Virus record (IMG/VR): IMGVR_UViG_3300031962_000002
Span: 11,541 to 75,540 of that record
Reading direction: 5' to 3' (one strand)
Source of the DNA: a virus
DNA length: 64,000 nt
Shown: positions 1 through 9,361 of the stretch, piece by piece
Numbering within the stretch: the first letter of the stretch is position 1
Layout of the letters: each line of letters opens with the position of its first letter
Program-made: the position numbers and the translations under genes
The notes under the pieces: model-generated
The model's input: the letters and a program-made list of their open reading frames with translations, nothing else
Database searches by the model: none
Told to the model about the DNA's origin: nothing

Positions 1-27
1 CTGGTTTGATTTCCATATTTAAAAGGT

Positions 28-195
28 TTATGTTTTTGAATCTAAAAATAGACTTCCAATCCCAATCAGCAAAAATGACGGGATAAACATGAAAAGTTCA
101 GCATATTTCGAACTCATTACAATTATAGCCGAAGCGATACCAGCAATTATGAGGATAGTGCCAAAAATATTTGAAATAGATTTTAGTATTCTCAT
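28..195 (-). CDS. Small two-transmembrane protein (holin-like/membrane protein), 55 aa
   Basis: Translated by hand: MRILKSISNIFGTILIIAGIASAIIVMSSKYAELFMFIPSFLLIGIGSLFLDSKT. It has two hydrophobic segments and an ATGA overlap with the upstream ORF. Confidence 0.55.
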   Translation of the reverse strand: MRILKSISNIFGTILIIAGIASAIIVMSSKYAELFMFIPSFLLIGIGSLFLDSKT

Positions 196-347
196 ATGAA
201 TTCAATCTTTTGAATAGTGACTTGTTCCGAATAATGTTTTGCCATAAACATTTCCTTAGCAAGCGAAACTGTAGGTGCAATAACTTTTTCAGTAAATGGC
301 ACCAAGCTTAAAACTCCCTTCCTGCAATATGTAATTTTGAACTGCAT
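192..347 (-). CDS. Hypothetical protein, 51 aa
   Basis: Translated by hand: MQFKITYCRKGVLSLVPFTEKVIAPTVSLAKEMFMAKHYSEQVTIQKIEFI. It is tightly packed between neighbouring genes. Confidence 0.5.
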   Translation of the reverse strand: MQFKITYCRKGVLSLVPFTEKVIAPTVSLAKEMFMAKHYSEQVTIQKIEFI

Positions 348-348
348 T

Positions 349-1884
349 TTAAAATTGCCTCGCCAAGTCTATTCCTATCTGAATATAACTCGCATTGCTG
401 AAGTGAATCCCATCTCCTTGAAAACTGTATGAGTTTGTGCTGAATAAGTTTGCATTGGCCAATGCTGCCGCCGCATTTGTCTGCGCTGTCTGAACAGTGC
501 TCAGATAAGTCTCACTAGCCTGTCCATTTGGTAATCTTGTTATCCAAACTGGTGCCGATACGCCTTTAACATCGGTTCCTAATTCAGGTCTAAGTGTATT
601 ATAGAAGGTCGTAATATTTGCCTGATATGCACTAGCGGCAGCGGAAATTGTTGCGTCTTGCTCTCCTTGTGTTCCAACAATGGCGACCATGACAGGCCGT
701 TGGCTGGCCGTCTGAAAGGCTATTAGAGCAGCCGTCCAATTATTCATTAAGGTGCTGTAAAGTCTCAGCCCTGAATTTGGAACAACCGTATTATCTGTAG
801 GAAGCCAGAATAATGCCCCGCCGCCATTATTGTAAAGAGCTGTTCCTCCTACAGCATATTTGTGAAGATAAACGGTCCCACCAACGCGAGTAATGTATGC
901 ATTGCCTATACTAGCTTCATAGCCAAAATCAGTGGAAGCCAATGAGCCATCCCCAAGCATATTATTATTTGCCGACTCATCCAAAGTTTGCCATGATGTT
1001 CCAAGTGGTTGAGTATAATCAGCAAGATTCGTCCAAACTTTCACTCCTGTTTGAGCAGTATTGTAAGGACTTGTTAGATAAGATTTCGGATTTCCACGCC
1101 CTGAAGCATTTGATTGACCCCAAATAAAAACAACATTTACGCCAGTATAACTAGACCATAAAGGAATCGACATGCTATATCTGCTATTCAGATAAGCATT
1201 CAATTCATCCATATCGCTTAGACTAAGTGGACGAGTCCAAACTAGAGTTTCATACCAATCACAATTTAAACCGCGATATTGCGTGCCAATGGAAGTGGCA
1301 AGTGCTGCTGATTGCACGACACTTGGAAGTGTATATGTTGCCTGTATAACACCATTAATGAATGTGCGACGTGATCCCCATCCAAGTTCAGCGCCATAAG
1401 CCGCGATCGTTCCGGCTTCTGAAGTTGTATTTGGCGAAGAATTGGTATTGTAAATTACATTACTATTACTTGCTTCGTAACCATTCCAAAGTGTATTTGT
1501 GCCGCTAGCACCTTGATGACCAAAAAAGCCACATAAAGCATTATTTGCGCGAACGCCAATAGTGACTGTAAATATTGGCCAGTTAGTTGTAGAGAACGCA
1601 GAATTTAGATAGGCAGAACTGTTCCCAGTAACTTTTGCTTGACTATTCACCCCTGTTCCAGTCGTAAGAGTGCCAGCCTGTTGGATCATCGGATTATTAT
1701 TCCCGCTTTTATCAGTGAATGAATATGATCCAGATGAACCAGTTATCGCATCAGCACGCCACCATCCGGCAATATCATGAAAAATTGAATATGGTCTGGG
1801 GACTGTCTGAGGTGCTGAAAGATATCCTTGCGACTCACATGAGAAAAATGAAAATAGTGCAAAAAGTAAAAATAGTTTTTTCAT
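349..1884 (-). CDS. SGNH/SASA-family carbohydrate (sialate) O-acetylesterase with N-terminal LamG-like domain and lipoprotein-type signal peptide
   Basis: Motifs GQSNASG, YAVGGT, QGEQDA and DGIHF. N-terminal WWRAD...DKSGNNN lectin-like region. N-terminus MKKLFLLFALFSFFSC. Confidence 0.8.
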   Translation of the reverse strand: MKKLFLLFALFSFFSCESQGYLSAPQTVPRPYSIFHDIAGWWRADAITGSSGSYSFTDKSGNNNPMIQQAGTLTTGTGVNSQAKVTGNSSAYLNSAFSTTNWPIFTVTIGVRANNALCGFFGHQGASGTNTLWNGYEASNSNVIYNTNSSPNTTSEAGTIAAYGAELGWGSRRTFINGVIQATYTLPSVVQSAALATSIGTQYRGLNCDWYETLVWTRPLSLSDMDELNAYLNSRYSMSIPLWSSYTGVNVVFIWGQSNASGRGNPKSYLTSPYNTAQTGVKVWTNLADYTQPLGTSWQTLDESANNNMLGDGSLASTDFGYEASIGNAYITRVGGTVYLHKYAVGGTALYNNGGGALFWLPTDNTVVPNSGLRLYSTLMNNWTAALIAFQTASQRPVMVAIVGTQGEQDATISAAASAYQANITTFYNTLRPELGTDVKGVSAPVWITRLPNGQASETYLSTVQTAQTNAAAALANANLFSTNSYSFQGDGIHFSNASYIQIGIDLARQF

Positions 1885-1887
1885 AAT

Positions 1888-4296
1888 TTACCTAATTCTA
1901 CGTGCTCTAATTGAACCAACGAACTGAGGATTGCCTACTGTAAATGTTGCTTGTGCATTTAAATAATAAGTAGTGTTACCACTCAAACTAATTCTATAAG
2001 GTCCAATTACATCCGTGAATTTTGAGGTCCCTAAAAGGGCTGCTTGTGGAACATAGGATATATTTTGACCTTCGGTTGATCCCGAGGCGCTAGCGGTTGT
2101 TGTACTTACTACAAATATTGCATTTGAGGATGCGGTTATAGTCGCTGAATTCGAACTATAAGTAAAAAAGGCAGAAATATCCCAATCGCCTGCGGTTAAA
2201 GCAATTGAAGTAATGTTTTGATATGTCGCACTTGTAGTGAAATTTGTGTAGGTACTTTGAATTGCATTAATTTCTTCCCCAATGTTTCCCGCAGATGCTG
2301 CGTCATTGGTTGCTGTCCCAGCAATTTTATTAGATGTGCCGGTTACGGTTATTGAACCTCCTATTTTTGCTGCTCCATTTGTACCAAGTGCCCACAAATT
2401 GGTAGTAGTTCCGCTCCCATTAGTTGGGACTTCCCAATAACCATTATAAGAATCAGTAATCGTATTCCCTGAGCCAGCATTAACAGTAGGGGATTTAAAA
2501 TAGTGATAGCGTTGAAGAGCAAGTGTTGAAGATCCTGCTGCCCATGTTTGTGTACTGCCAGTCCAAACCGTTTCTGGAAACTCTGTTCCTGCGGTCATTG
2601 CAGTATGCGCACCTGGGTCAACTCGCATTGTTGGTATCCATGAAGCTGAAAGAGCGCTTTGTACATTATAAAAATGTGCATTATCAGAAGTGCTTCCTAA
2701 AAGAAAATCACGATTTGTATTATTATAAAAACGTGCAGCTTCACCGTTTGATACATAGAAACTTTCCCAATATCCTGTGTTTGTAAAAAATTTAAATTCA
2801 CCAGTACTAGGATTAGCCGATATAGCGAAATTTCCTGATCCACCGGCAAATCCCAATTTTGGCGTTCCTGAGTTTGGTCCGATAACTGCAATTTTATTGG
2901 TAGCATCCCAAGTAAAATCAGTGGGAGCCGCCACGGTTGTTGCACTTGTGGCATAAACAATCCCATTTGTATTTAGCCCAGAAAGTCCTCCGCTTGGTGC
3001 CGCACTTGTCCATGTAGTTCCATTGGATGTCAAAACATTTCCATTTGCGCCGACTGCAACACGTGTAGGAGTCGCATATCCACTTGCCCCAACTGCGCCG
3101 CCAACAAGTATATCGCCCTGATTTGTCAATGGATAAATGGGATAGTATTTTGAATCCCAAGAAGCAGTTCCAGTTCCGCTTGTCAAGATACATTTTACAA
3201 TTAAAAAGTCCCCCGCATTCAATGCGATAATGGTATTTGCTCCTGAACTCTGAACTGTCACAACTCCGCTGGATGTGCAATTGTTATAAATTCTAAATTG
3301 CTGACCTAAAACAAGCGTAGACGTTACTGGGAGTGTAACAGTTTGATTGGAAGTAGTTCCAGTGAAATACTGATCTTCTGTACTTGAAACCGTAAGAGTT
3401 GTTGTTGCTCCCGCCGTTGCAGTTGTGGTATATCCAAGCAATGCATTATTAGCAGACAAATTTTTATTAGCATCCCATCCTGCAAATGCGCTAGCTGTTG
3501 GTGCAGATGTTACCGAAGTAACATTGGTCCCTCCATTAGCCACGGGAAGCACTCCAGTCACTCCTGTAGTCAAAGGCAATCCGGTGGCATTCGTTAAGGT
3601 TAAATTCGTAGGAGCAATCCCAAAATTCAAAGACGCGGATGAAGCATTCCCTATCGTAATATTCCCTGAATTGGAACTTGTTCCGATGTTTATATCACCC
3701 GTACTTCCTTGGTTAAGGTTTAAAGTAGTAGTAGAACTTACCGAAAGAGAACCTGAAGAAGGGAATATAGAAGCATTCGCAGCCGTAACTAAATTTCCAA
3801 CCGAGTTAATCGTAAATACCTTCGTGTTCGAACCATTGTTTACATTCCAGTATAGATCAAGAGTTCCTGTAGGATTAGTCAATCCTTGAACCGGAGTAGC
3901 GTACCATAAAAATTTGGTTGATTGACTTGCCGCCGTAGATTGCGTTTTCCATCCTTGTCCCTCAAAAACAAGTGATGGTGAAATCTGTTGGGCTCCCGCT
4001 GCGGCTGCTGTGGCATTTTGTAACCATAATCCTGCCCCGTTAGTTTGCGTTGTTGCAAGAGATGGAAAATTCAATTGAAAGGTATTCGAAGAACTGCCGG
4101 TTATTGACGTAGCCCCAGTAAGTAATGTTGACACAAAAAGACTACCTGATGCCTTTTTATTAACGCCTCCCTGTAGGATTGGGACATAGACGGTTCCACT
4201 CAAATCAGTGGCAGAAGTCATGGCGCTAATTTTCACATCCTGGGAAAATCCTCCGAATGATAAGACTGTGAAAAATAAGAAAAGTAATTTTTTCAT
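1888..4296 (-). CDS. Tail/head fibre-like protein with Sec signal peptide
   Basis: Rich in S/T/G/A, with fibre modules (LTNATGLPLTTGVTGVLPVANGGT; GTATNDAASAGNIGE...LTAGDWD). Start re-assigned to MKKLLFLFFTVLSFGGFSQ at 4296. Confidence 0.7.
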   Translation of the reverse strand: MKKLLFLFFTVLSFGGFSQDVKISAMTSATDLSGTVYVPILQGGVNKKASGSLFVSTLLTGATSITGSSSNTFQLNFPSLATTQTNGAGLWLQNATAAAAGAQQISPSLVFEGQGWKTQSTAASQSTKFLWYATPVQGLTNPTGTLDLYWNVNNGSNTKVFTINSVGNLVTAANASIFPSSGSLSVSSTTTLNLNQGSTGDINIGTSSNSGNITIGNASSASLNFGIAPTNLTLTNATGLPLTTGVTGVLPVANGGTNVTSVTSAPTASAFAGWDANKNLSANNALLGYTTTATAGATTTLTVSSTEDQYFTGTTSNQTVTLPVTSTLVLGQQFRIYNNCTSSGVVTVQSSGANTIIALNAGDFLIVKCILTSGTGTASWDSKYYPIYPLTNQGDILVGGAVGASGYATPTRVAVGANGNVLTSNGTTWTSAAPSGGLSGLNTNGIVYATSATTVAAPTDFTWDATNKIAVIGPNSGTPKLGFAGGSGNFAISANPSTGEFKFFTNTGYWESFYVSNGEAARFYNNTNRDFLLGSTSDNAHFYNVQSALSASWIPTMRVDPGAHTAMTAGTEFPETVWTGSTQTWAAGSSTLALQRYHYFKSPTVNAGSGNTITDSYNGYWEVPTNGSGTTTNLWALGTNGAAKIGGSITVTGTSNKIAGTATNDAASAGNIGEEINAIQSTYTNFTTSATYQNITSIALTAGDWDISAFFTYSSNSATITASSNAIFVVSTTTASASGSTEGQNISYVPQAALLGTSKFTDVIGPYRISLSGNTTYYLNAQATFTVGNPQFVGSIRARRIR

Positions 4297-4304
4297 AATT
4301 TTTG

Positions 4305-5468
4305 TCATTGAATGCAATGGTATTTCCAAGTGTAAGTAGTCGTGGCTGAAAGGGTGCCCTTGAAAGAAAAAGTTGTTGTAGTCTCTGAATTATTAACATA
4401 TCCTCCATTGGCTCCTAAAGCTATTGCAGCGGCGTTATCTGGAATTAAAACCACCGACGGCGCAGAAGCATACGCAGCATTAAACGTAATTGTAGCGATA
4501 ATTGAGGCCGCTGTGGGGCTACTGCCAGTCAACACAGAGATCAACCCTCCTGTATCCGACCCACGCGTTATGTTTACTGTTGGGCTTGTCCCAGCTCCCA
4601 CGCCTGCTGCAATGGCTGGTGGTCCGCCTTGTCCGACCAAATGTGATAGTGTCAAAGTAAAAACACCATTTCCAGTTAAAGAGGATGTAGATGTAGTGAA
4701 TTGGAGGTTTATTAATTGAGAACTCGTTAAAGTTGATCCAAGTGTCAAAGCACCTATACTGCCAGAGAAACCTCCATATAAACTCATTCCAGTGGTTCCA
4801 CTTGCTGGTTGAATGGTTGGATTACCACCACCAACTTGTGCGAATGTAAAATTTCCACTCTTGCTTGCAAATGCCAAATCAATGAGACTTGCGCTACCAG
4901 CCGTAGCGATCGTTCTGGTGCCACCAGAAATAGATGAACTTCCTAAATTCAAATCTCCGGCTGCATCTCCGAAAAGCCCTGAAGAAACGACATTTGTGCC
5001 GTTTGACATTGCTAATTCATTATTCAAGGCGGAATTACTGATTCCTGGTGGAAGCGCCCATGAACCATCTGCTCTTAAAAAGTTTGTTGTTCCACCACCT
5101 GAAGAAGGGACAATTCCACTTCCGGTACTTGAAAAAGGATGTGTATCGGCAATTTGATAATAAGTCCCATTGTAACTTACAATCCTTGTATCGCCTGCTT
5201 TTAGATCCCCACTTGCAAGTGCTACTGCACCTGAAAATTGAAGTGCTTTTGCTCCGAGACTATTTCTGTTAAGGGTAGCTGCTCCAGTATTCCCGTTGGT
5301 AAATCTTACAAGGAACCTTTCATTTGTGGTATACACTGCTGGCAATGGCTCTGGAATCGTATAGGTATTAGTTCCAGAAGCCACTAAGGTTTTTAAACCA
5401 CCATCGACGCTCTGCCCACAGGCAGCTAGTGGAAATAAAATCAGAATTAATAATTTTCTTAGAACCAT
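4305..5468 (-). CDS. Tail fibre-like protein with signal peptide
   Basis: Fibre modules (FTNGNTGAATLN; SGGGTTNFLRADGSWA; ITFNAAYASAPSV). Likely start MVLRKLLILILFPLAACGQ. Confidence 0.7.
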   Translation of the reverse strand: MVLRKLLILILFPLAACGQSVDGGLKTLVASGTNTYTIPEPLPAVYTTNERFLVRFTNGNTGAATLNRNSLGAKALQFSGAVALASGDLKAGDTRIVSYNGTYYQIADTHPFSSTGSGIVPSSGGGTTNFLRADGSWALPPGISNSALNNELAMSNGTNVVSSGLFGDAAGDLNLGSSSISGGTRTIATAGSASLIDLAFASKSGNFTFAQVGGGNPTIQPASGTTGMSLYGGFSGSIGALTLGSTLTSSQLINLQFTTSTSSLTGNGVFTLTLSHLVGQGGPPAIAAGVGAGTSPTVNITRGSDTGGLISVLTGSSPTAASIIATITFNAAYASAPSVVLIPDNAAAIALGANGGYVNNSETTTTFSFKGTLSATTTYTWKYHCIQ

Positions 5469-6091
5469 ATTTTCCAATTTGCTAATGTTTGTCCCGGATT
5501 GTCAATTTTTGCCATTATCGTGGCCCCAGCGGATAATCCTTCCCCTCCTGGTGAACCACCAACAGAGATATTCCACATATTCCCTGCCTTCACTATACCT
5601 GCGGACCCACTCCCTGTGGATGGGAAATTGTTAGAACTTGCATCGTAGTCTCCAAGATAATCAACCGTCCCTGCCGGAAGCGAAACAGTTAATCGCCCTG
5701 CCGATAGTGCAGCGATAATTCCTTCAAAATCTACCTGTGAGGCAACTCCCAAAAGGGCACCTTGATTGTAGAAGATGATGTTATTTCCAGCAAGAACTAT
5801 TTGAACGTTGAGGGCCTGCCCTACTATTGGACTGACTCCGGGGAATGAATACTGTCCTGAAAGTTGCCGCAAAGCATATAGAAGGCTATCTGACAATGCC
5901 ATCGTCATGTCGGCCTGATGAACATACGCCGTCAACAAATAGAGAATTTGTTTTGCTGTTTTTAACTGTTTTTTAGACTCTATTCCGTTGACGATGTTAT
6001 TCGAGGCTTGGGCGCCAAGTTGTATCATGCGGTTTGTGGCCGCAAGGATTATAGCGTTTGCTTGTGTGCTTATTTGGCTTGGTACACCCAT
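5459..6091 (-). CDS. Putative virion structural (tail/fibre attachment) protein
   Basis: Position in the structural operon. C-terminal module YLGDYDAS...AGNMWNISVGG is typical of fibre proteins. Confidence 0.55.
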   Translation of the reverse strand: MGVPSQISTQANAIILAATNRMIQLGAQASNNIVNGIESKKQLKTAKQILYLLTAYVHQADMTMALSDSLLYALRQLSGQYSFPGVSPIVGQALNVQIVLAGNNIIFYNQGALLGVASQVDFEGIIAALSAGRLTVSLPAGTVDYLGDYDASSNNFPSTGSGSAGIVKAGNMWNISVGGSPGGEGLSAGATIMAKIDNPGQTLANWKIWF

Positions 6092-6094
6092 TTT

Positions 6095-6787
6095 TTAAAA
6101 TTGTGCGCCATCGGCAAAATTCCAAACTGCTCCCAATGTCGTTAATCCCTCTGCATTTGATTCAGCGTCCAAATTGTCACCTAATTGATCGGCTGACTGA
6201 ATACACTGAATAAGTGTGTAAATATTGTCAAGGCGTTCTTTTTGCGAATCGTCCTCTGGAATACCTAGAAGTCCTTTTTGGGTATAGCCTGCCATTTGAT
6301 TTGACCAATACGTCGCGGCATTATAAGCCGTACTCCGACCAAGTATCGTGGTGATAATTGAAGAATTTCCAATGATTGTTGTAAAATCAATTACCGCTGC
6401 CCAAGTTCCGTCAGCGCCTGGCGTAGAACTGGTCGTGGTATTCGCTTGGTAGACTGTTCCGGCATATTCTACTACATTCCCACTCACATAACTTCCTGAA
6501 CTCCAAATTGGTATGTTCAGTTTTGAGGCTTCATACCATCCGTCAATCGTTCTTTCGTAAGTGAATGTTGTCGCGGTTAAAGGATTGTAAGAATCAAGTA
6601 CAAGTACTGTGTCGGCTGAATTGACATTTTTCTTTTTGAGTACTACATAATGGGCGTATGTGTTGAAGGCTGGATTTGGTGCGCCATACCCTCCTGGATT
6701 AGTAGAAGCATTGTAATTACCTGTGGTATCAGTAACAATCACTTGTGTACTACTGAATGTTACTGTAATTACCACTGATAATGCCAT
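6095..6787 (-). CDS. Putative virion structural protein with a carbohydrate-binding-like (ChtBD3-type) motif
   Basis: Motifs DTTGNYNASTNPGGYGAPN and WSSGSYVSGNVVEYAGTVYQA. Lies in the structural operon. Confidence 0.55.
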   Translation of the reverse strand: MALSVVITVTFSSTQVIVTDTTGNYNASTNPGGYGAPNPAFNTYAHYVVLKKKNVNSADTVLVLDSYNPLTATTFTYERTIDGWYEASKLNIPIWSSGSYVSGNVVEYAGTVYQANTTTSSTPGADGTWAAVIDFTTIIGNSSIITTILGRSTAYNAATYWSNQMAGYTQKGLLGIPEDDSQKERLDNIYTLIQCIQSADQLGDNLDAESNAEGLTTLGAVWNFADGAQF

Positions 6788-6821
6788 TGCTTTTTTATTT
6801 TAAATAAAATTATTAAAACTG

Positions 6822-6855
6822 AAAAGGGTGAGCCACCTTAACGATGGCTACACCC
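6822..6855 (-). terminator. Probable intrinsic terminator
   Basis: Minus-strand hairpin GGGTG-TAGCCAT...GTGGCT-CACCC followed by TTTT, downstream of 6897-7793. Confidence 0.5.
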
Positions 6856-6896
6856 GATTCTCGCTTCCCCCACCTTCCTAAAGCGGTCCTTAAATT

Positions 6897-7793
6897 TCAT
6901 TTGGTCACGTTTAACGCCTGCCGTAGCATCTTGGCGAATAACTGGTAGTTCTTTTTCCCTTCTTCGCTCATCAAATAAGTGATCAAGGATTCAACTTTAT
7001 CGATGTCTGCTTCAGGCTTATGAAGTTCTACCATGTCGGTATCGGTATCTAACCAATAAGCGCCGCCATCGAATGTTAAAACAGCATAAACCTGGGCATC
7101 GTAAATCTGAACCCTCAATTGTGTTTTCTGGTCAGGATGGGCACCCATTACCTGTTTAGGGAAAGTATGTGCCAACTGAATAAGTTCGTATTTTACCTCA
7201 TCTGGCTTATTTGTAAAGCCTTCTAGGAATGATTTCACATGAAGTTTGGCATCTGGGCTGGTGTTCATTTTGGCTGCTACCTCTTTGAGGTATTGCCATG
7301 AACTTTCGCGTATCATTTTCTCTGCTTGATACCTCATATCAGCCAATTGCATGAAAGAAGTGACTCTCTTCGTGCCAACCAACTCGAACTTGGGGGCAAA
7401 TTTTGCTCCCATCTGCTTACGGTAGAAATTGGATTCATTGTCCTTGTTCCGCATCGCGAACTGATAAATCGCTGGATCTGACGTCCGCAATTCTCCTTTT
7501 TTGAATTCGAGGGCCTGATATACCGGTCGGGCTTGTGATCCGCCACCCATGGAAGTATAGCCCTTTATGAAAGTCGCTATTTTCTTAGACTTTGGACCGC
7601 CTACTTCGTAGGGATCGGTTATTTGTTGTACACCTGAAAGTTGTACGAATTCAGGACATGACGGAAAATCTCTGCTCCCGTCCTTAACAAAGGCGTTTTT
7701 GAGCCGAAATACGGCTACATCGTTCTCTTTTAATTTCGGAATGGAATTAAGCAACTTCGGGCTTAACTCTTTGACATCGTCTAGAATTTGCAT
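6897..7793 (-). CDS. Conserved protein downstream of the major capsid gene (auxiliary capsid/head-associated candidate)
   Basis: 298-aa ORF directly downstream of the MCP, as in crAss-like gene order. Confidence 0.55.
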   Translation of the reverse strand: MQILDDVKELSPKLLNSIPKLKENDVAVFRLKNAFVKDGSRDFPSCPEFVQLSGVQQITDPYEVGGPKSKKIATFIKGYTSMGGGSQARPVYQALEFKKGELRTSDPAIYQFAMRNKDNESNFYRKQMGAKFAPKFELVGTKRVTSFMQLADMRYQAEKMIRESSWQYLKEVAAKMNTSPDAKLHVKSFLEGFTNKPDEVKYELIQLAHTFPKQVMGAHPDQKTQLRVQIYDAQVYAVLTFDGGAYWLDTDTDMVELHKPEADIDKVESLITYLMSEEGKKNYQLFAKMLRQALNVTK

Positions 7794-7816
7794 TTTGAGT
7801 TGGGGGTTAAATTATT

Positions 7817-7852
7817 AAAAAAAGGAAGGGGAGGTTAAAATTTCCCCTTCCT
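7817..7852 (-). terminator. Intrinsic terminator after the major capsid gene
   Basis: Minus strand AGGAAGGGGA-loop-TCCCCTTCCT followed by a T-run. Confidence 0.75.
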
Positions 7853-7857
7853 GTAAA

Positions 7858-9297
7858 TCATGCTGCTTTTGTCAGAATCAGGAACTTGTTACGGCACCGG
7901 ATTTCCAACCCTTTGTACGACATCGCATTTATCCTCCAGAATGCGGCATCGCTCGTCGCTCCACCAGGGGCCAACGCACCGTCGCTCCATACCCTGTGGT
8001 CACCTTTGTTCTCATGAGCTGCGCCACCACAGTCGGCATATACCAACTGGAGGTAAGGCTCACGATCATTGTAACCATCACCTGGTTCAGGATTCATGGT
8101 CGTTCCCATGGGAATGAAGACAGCCATATCTTTGTACGGCATGTTTCCAGCACCCAGTGAATCAGAATGCGCCAAGCAATCCCATGTCTGCATGTGTAAA
8201 TTGTAAGGCTCGATGTTGATCGACTTGAAATTCAAACTAACTGCCTGTTCTTTGCCCTTGTCAAAGGCATCGAAAGAGATGTTTTTGTCAGAATTCAAAT
8301 TGAAATCAATAAGCCAGTTTTTCCAGCCAAGGTTTAAGTTCAAACCCTGACCTACGATGTAGTCATGCTCCCCGTAGGACCGGTTCAGAATCAAAATCGC
8401 ATCATCCACGGTGGTCATGTCAGGAGTACCAAAATACTCAAGCGTGTTACCATTTGCGTTGATTTGAGGAATCAAACCAGTTGCCATTTGGATGTTCTTC
8501 GAGTTCGCATTGGTAAGCGCATTAGAGGCTGGGTTGACCAATAAAGCCAAGTCTTCCTGATATGCAAACCGATCCATCATTTCATCAATCCCAAGGGGGT
8601 GCAAGAACGGAATACCGTTCCACTCGAATTCTGTTTCGTTACCCTGCGCAAAGTCGCTGGCAAGGTAAGATTCCCTGAAAGCCTGGATGTAGTTCGTCAC
8701 CTTGTCGGTGTTCGGAGTACGGCTTTCCGTAGCGGACGATTGTTCTTGTTGCGCATTGGAGTAGAACACCATCGAAGAACCAACCACTGCGGCTGCAATG
8801 ATATTATAATTCGTGGAGTCTACCGGATAAACCGTCACCGTGTGGGCGCTGTCAACTGTCCTGTTCACAGAATACACATATCCGGCTGTTTGGTTCTCGA
8901 AAAGAACCGTCTGACCAACTACAGGGAATGATTGCTTTCCACCATTCAGGTGATCGCCAGGGGCCAGCGTGATCGTGGCATTCGTGCCATTATCAACAAC
9001 CGTGGTCACCGTAGCGGATGCCGACATCCACTGTCCATTCTCATGGTAGTAGTACTGGAAGCGCTTCGCTTTCCGCTTTCCCATATACCCTTTAACTACT
9101 CTCATCCACTGAAGCGCCGCTGCTTTGGGCACCCGCTGAATGAGTTTCTTGTAATAATCGCGTTGGTAGATATCGTAACTAGATACTAGACCATACGCGA
9201 GAATCTGTCCGTAATTTTCACCGCTGTTTCCATAGGTCGCTGATGGACCGCCTGAACCATTGATGCCCGGAACTGCACTTGCGTTCGTATTTGCCAT
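7858..9297 (-). CDS. Major capsid protein (crAss-like HK97 fold)
   Basis: 479 aa. Motifs TNYIQAFRESY and ATGLIPQI, with C-terminal SYKGLEIRCRNKF. Gene order portal-...-scaffold-MCP and a strong terminator follow. Confidence 0.8.
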   Translation of the reverse strand: MANTNASAVPGINGSGGPSATYGNSGENYGQILAYGLVSSYDIYQRDYYKKLIQRVPKAAALQWMRVVKGYMGKRKAKRFQYYYHENGQWMSASATVTTVVDNGTNATITLAPGDHLNGGKQSFPVVGQTVLFENQTAGYVYSVNRTVDSAHTVTVYPVDSTNYNIIAAAVVGSSMVFYSNAQQEQSSATESRTPNTDKVTNYIQAFRESYLASDFAQGNETEFEWNGIPFLHPLGIDEMMDRFAYQEDLALLVNPASNALTNANSKNIQMATGLIPQINANGNTLEYFGTPDMTTVDDAILILNRSYGEHDYIVGQGLNLNLGWKNWLIDFNLNSDKNISFDAFDKGKEQAVSLNFKSINIEPYNLHMQTWDCLAHSDSLGAGNMPYKDMAVFIPMGTTMNPEPGDGYNDREPYLQLVYADCGGAAHENKGDHRVWSDGALAPGGATSDAAFWRINAMSYKGLEIRCRNKFLILTKAA

Positions 9298-9361
9298 TTT
9301 TGTTTCTTTTTTAAAGGTTTAAATTCATCCGCTTTAGGATAGATTTAGTCTTTAAAAAAAC

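Noticed and set aside
98-280. 60-aa ORF from the supplied track
   Set aside because: Two better coupled ORFs (192-347 and 28-195) in other frames explain this region.
3425-5157. Plus-strand ORFs opposite the fibre genes
   Set aside because: They are antisense shadows of G/S/T/A-rich coding sequence.
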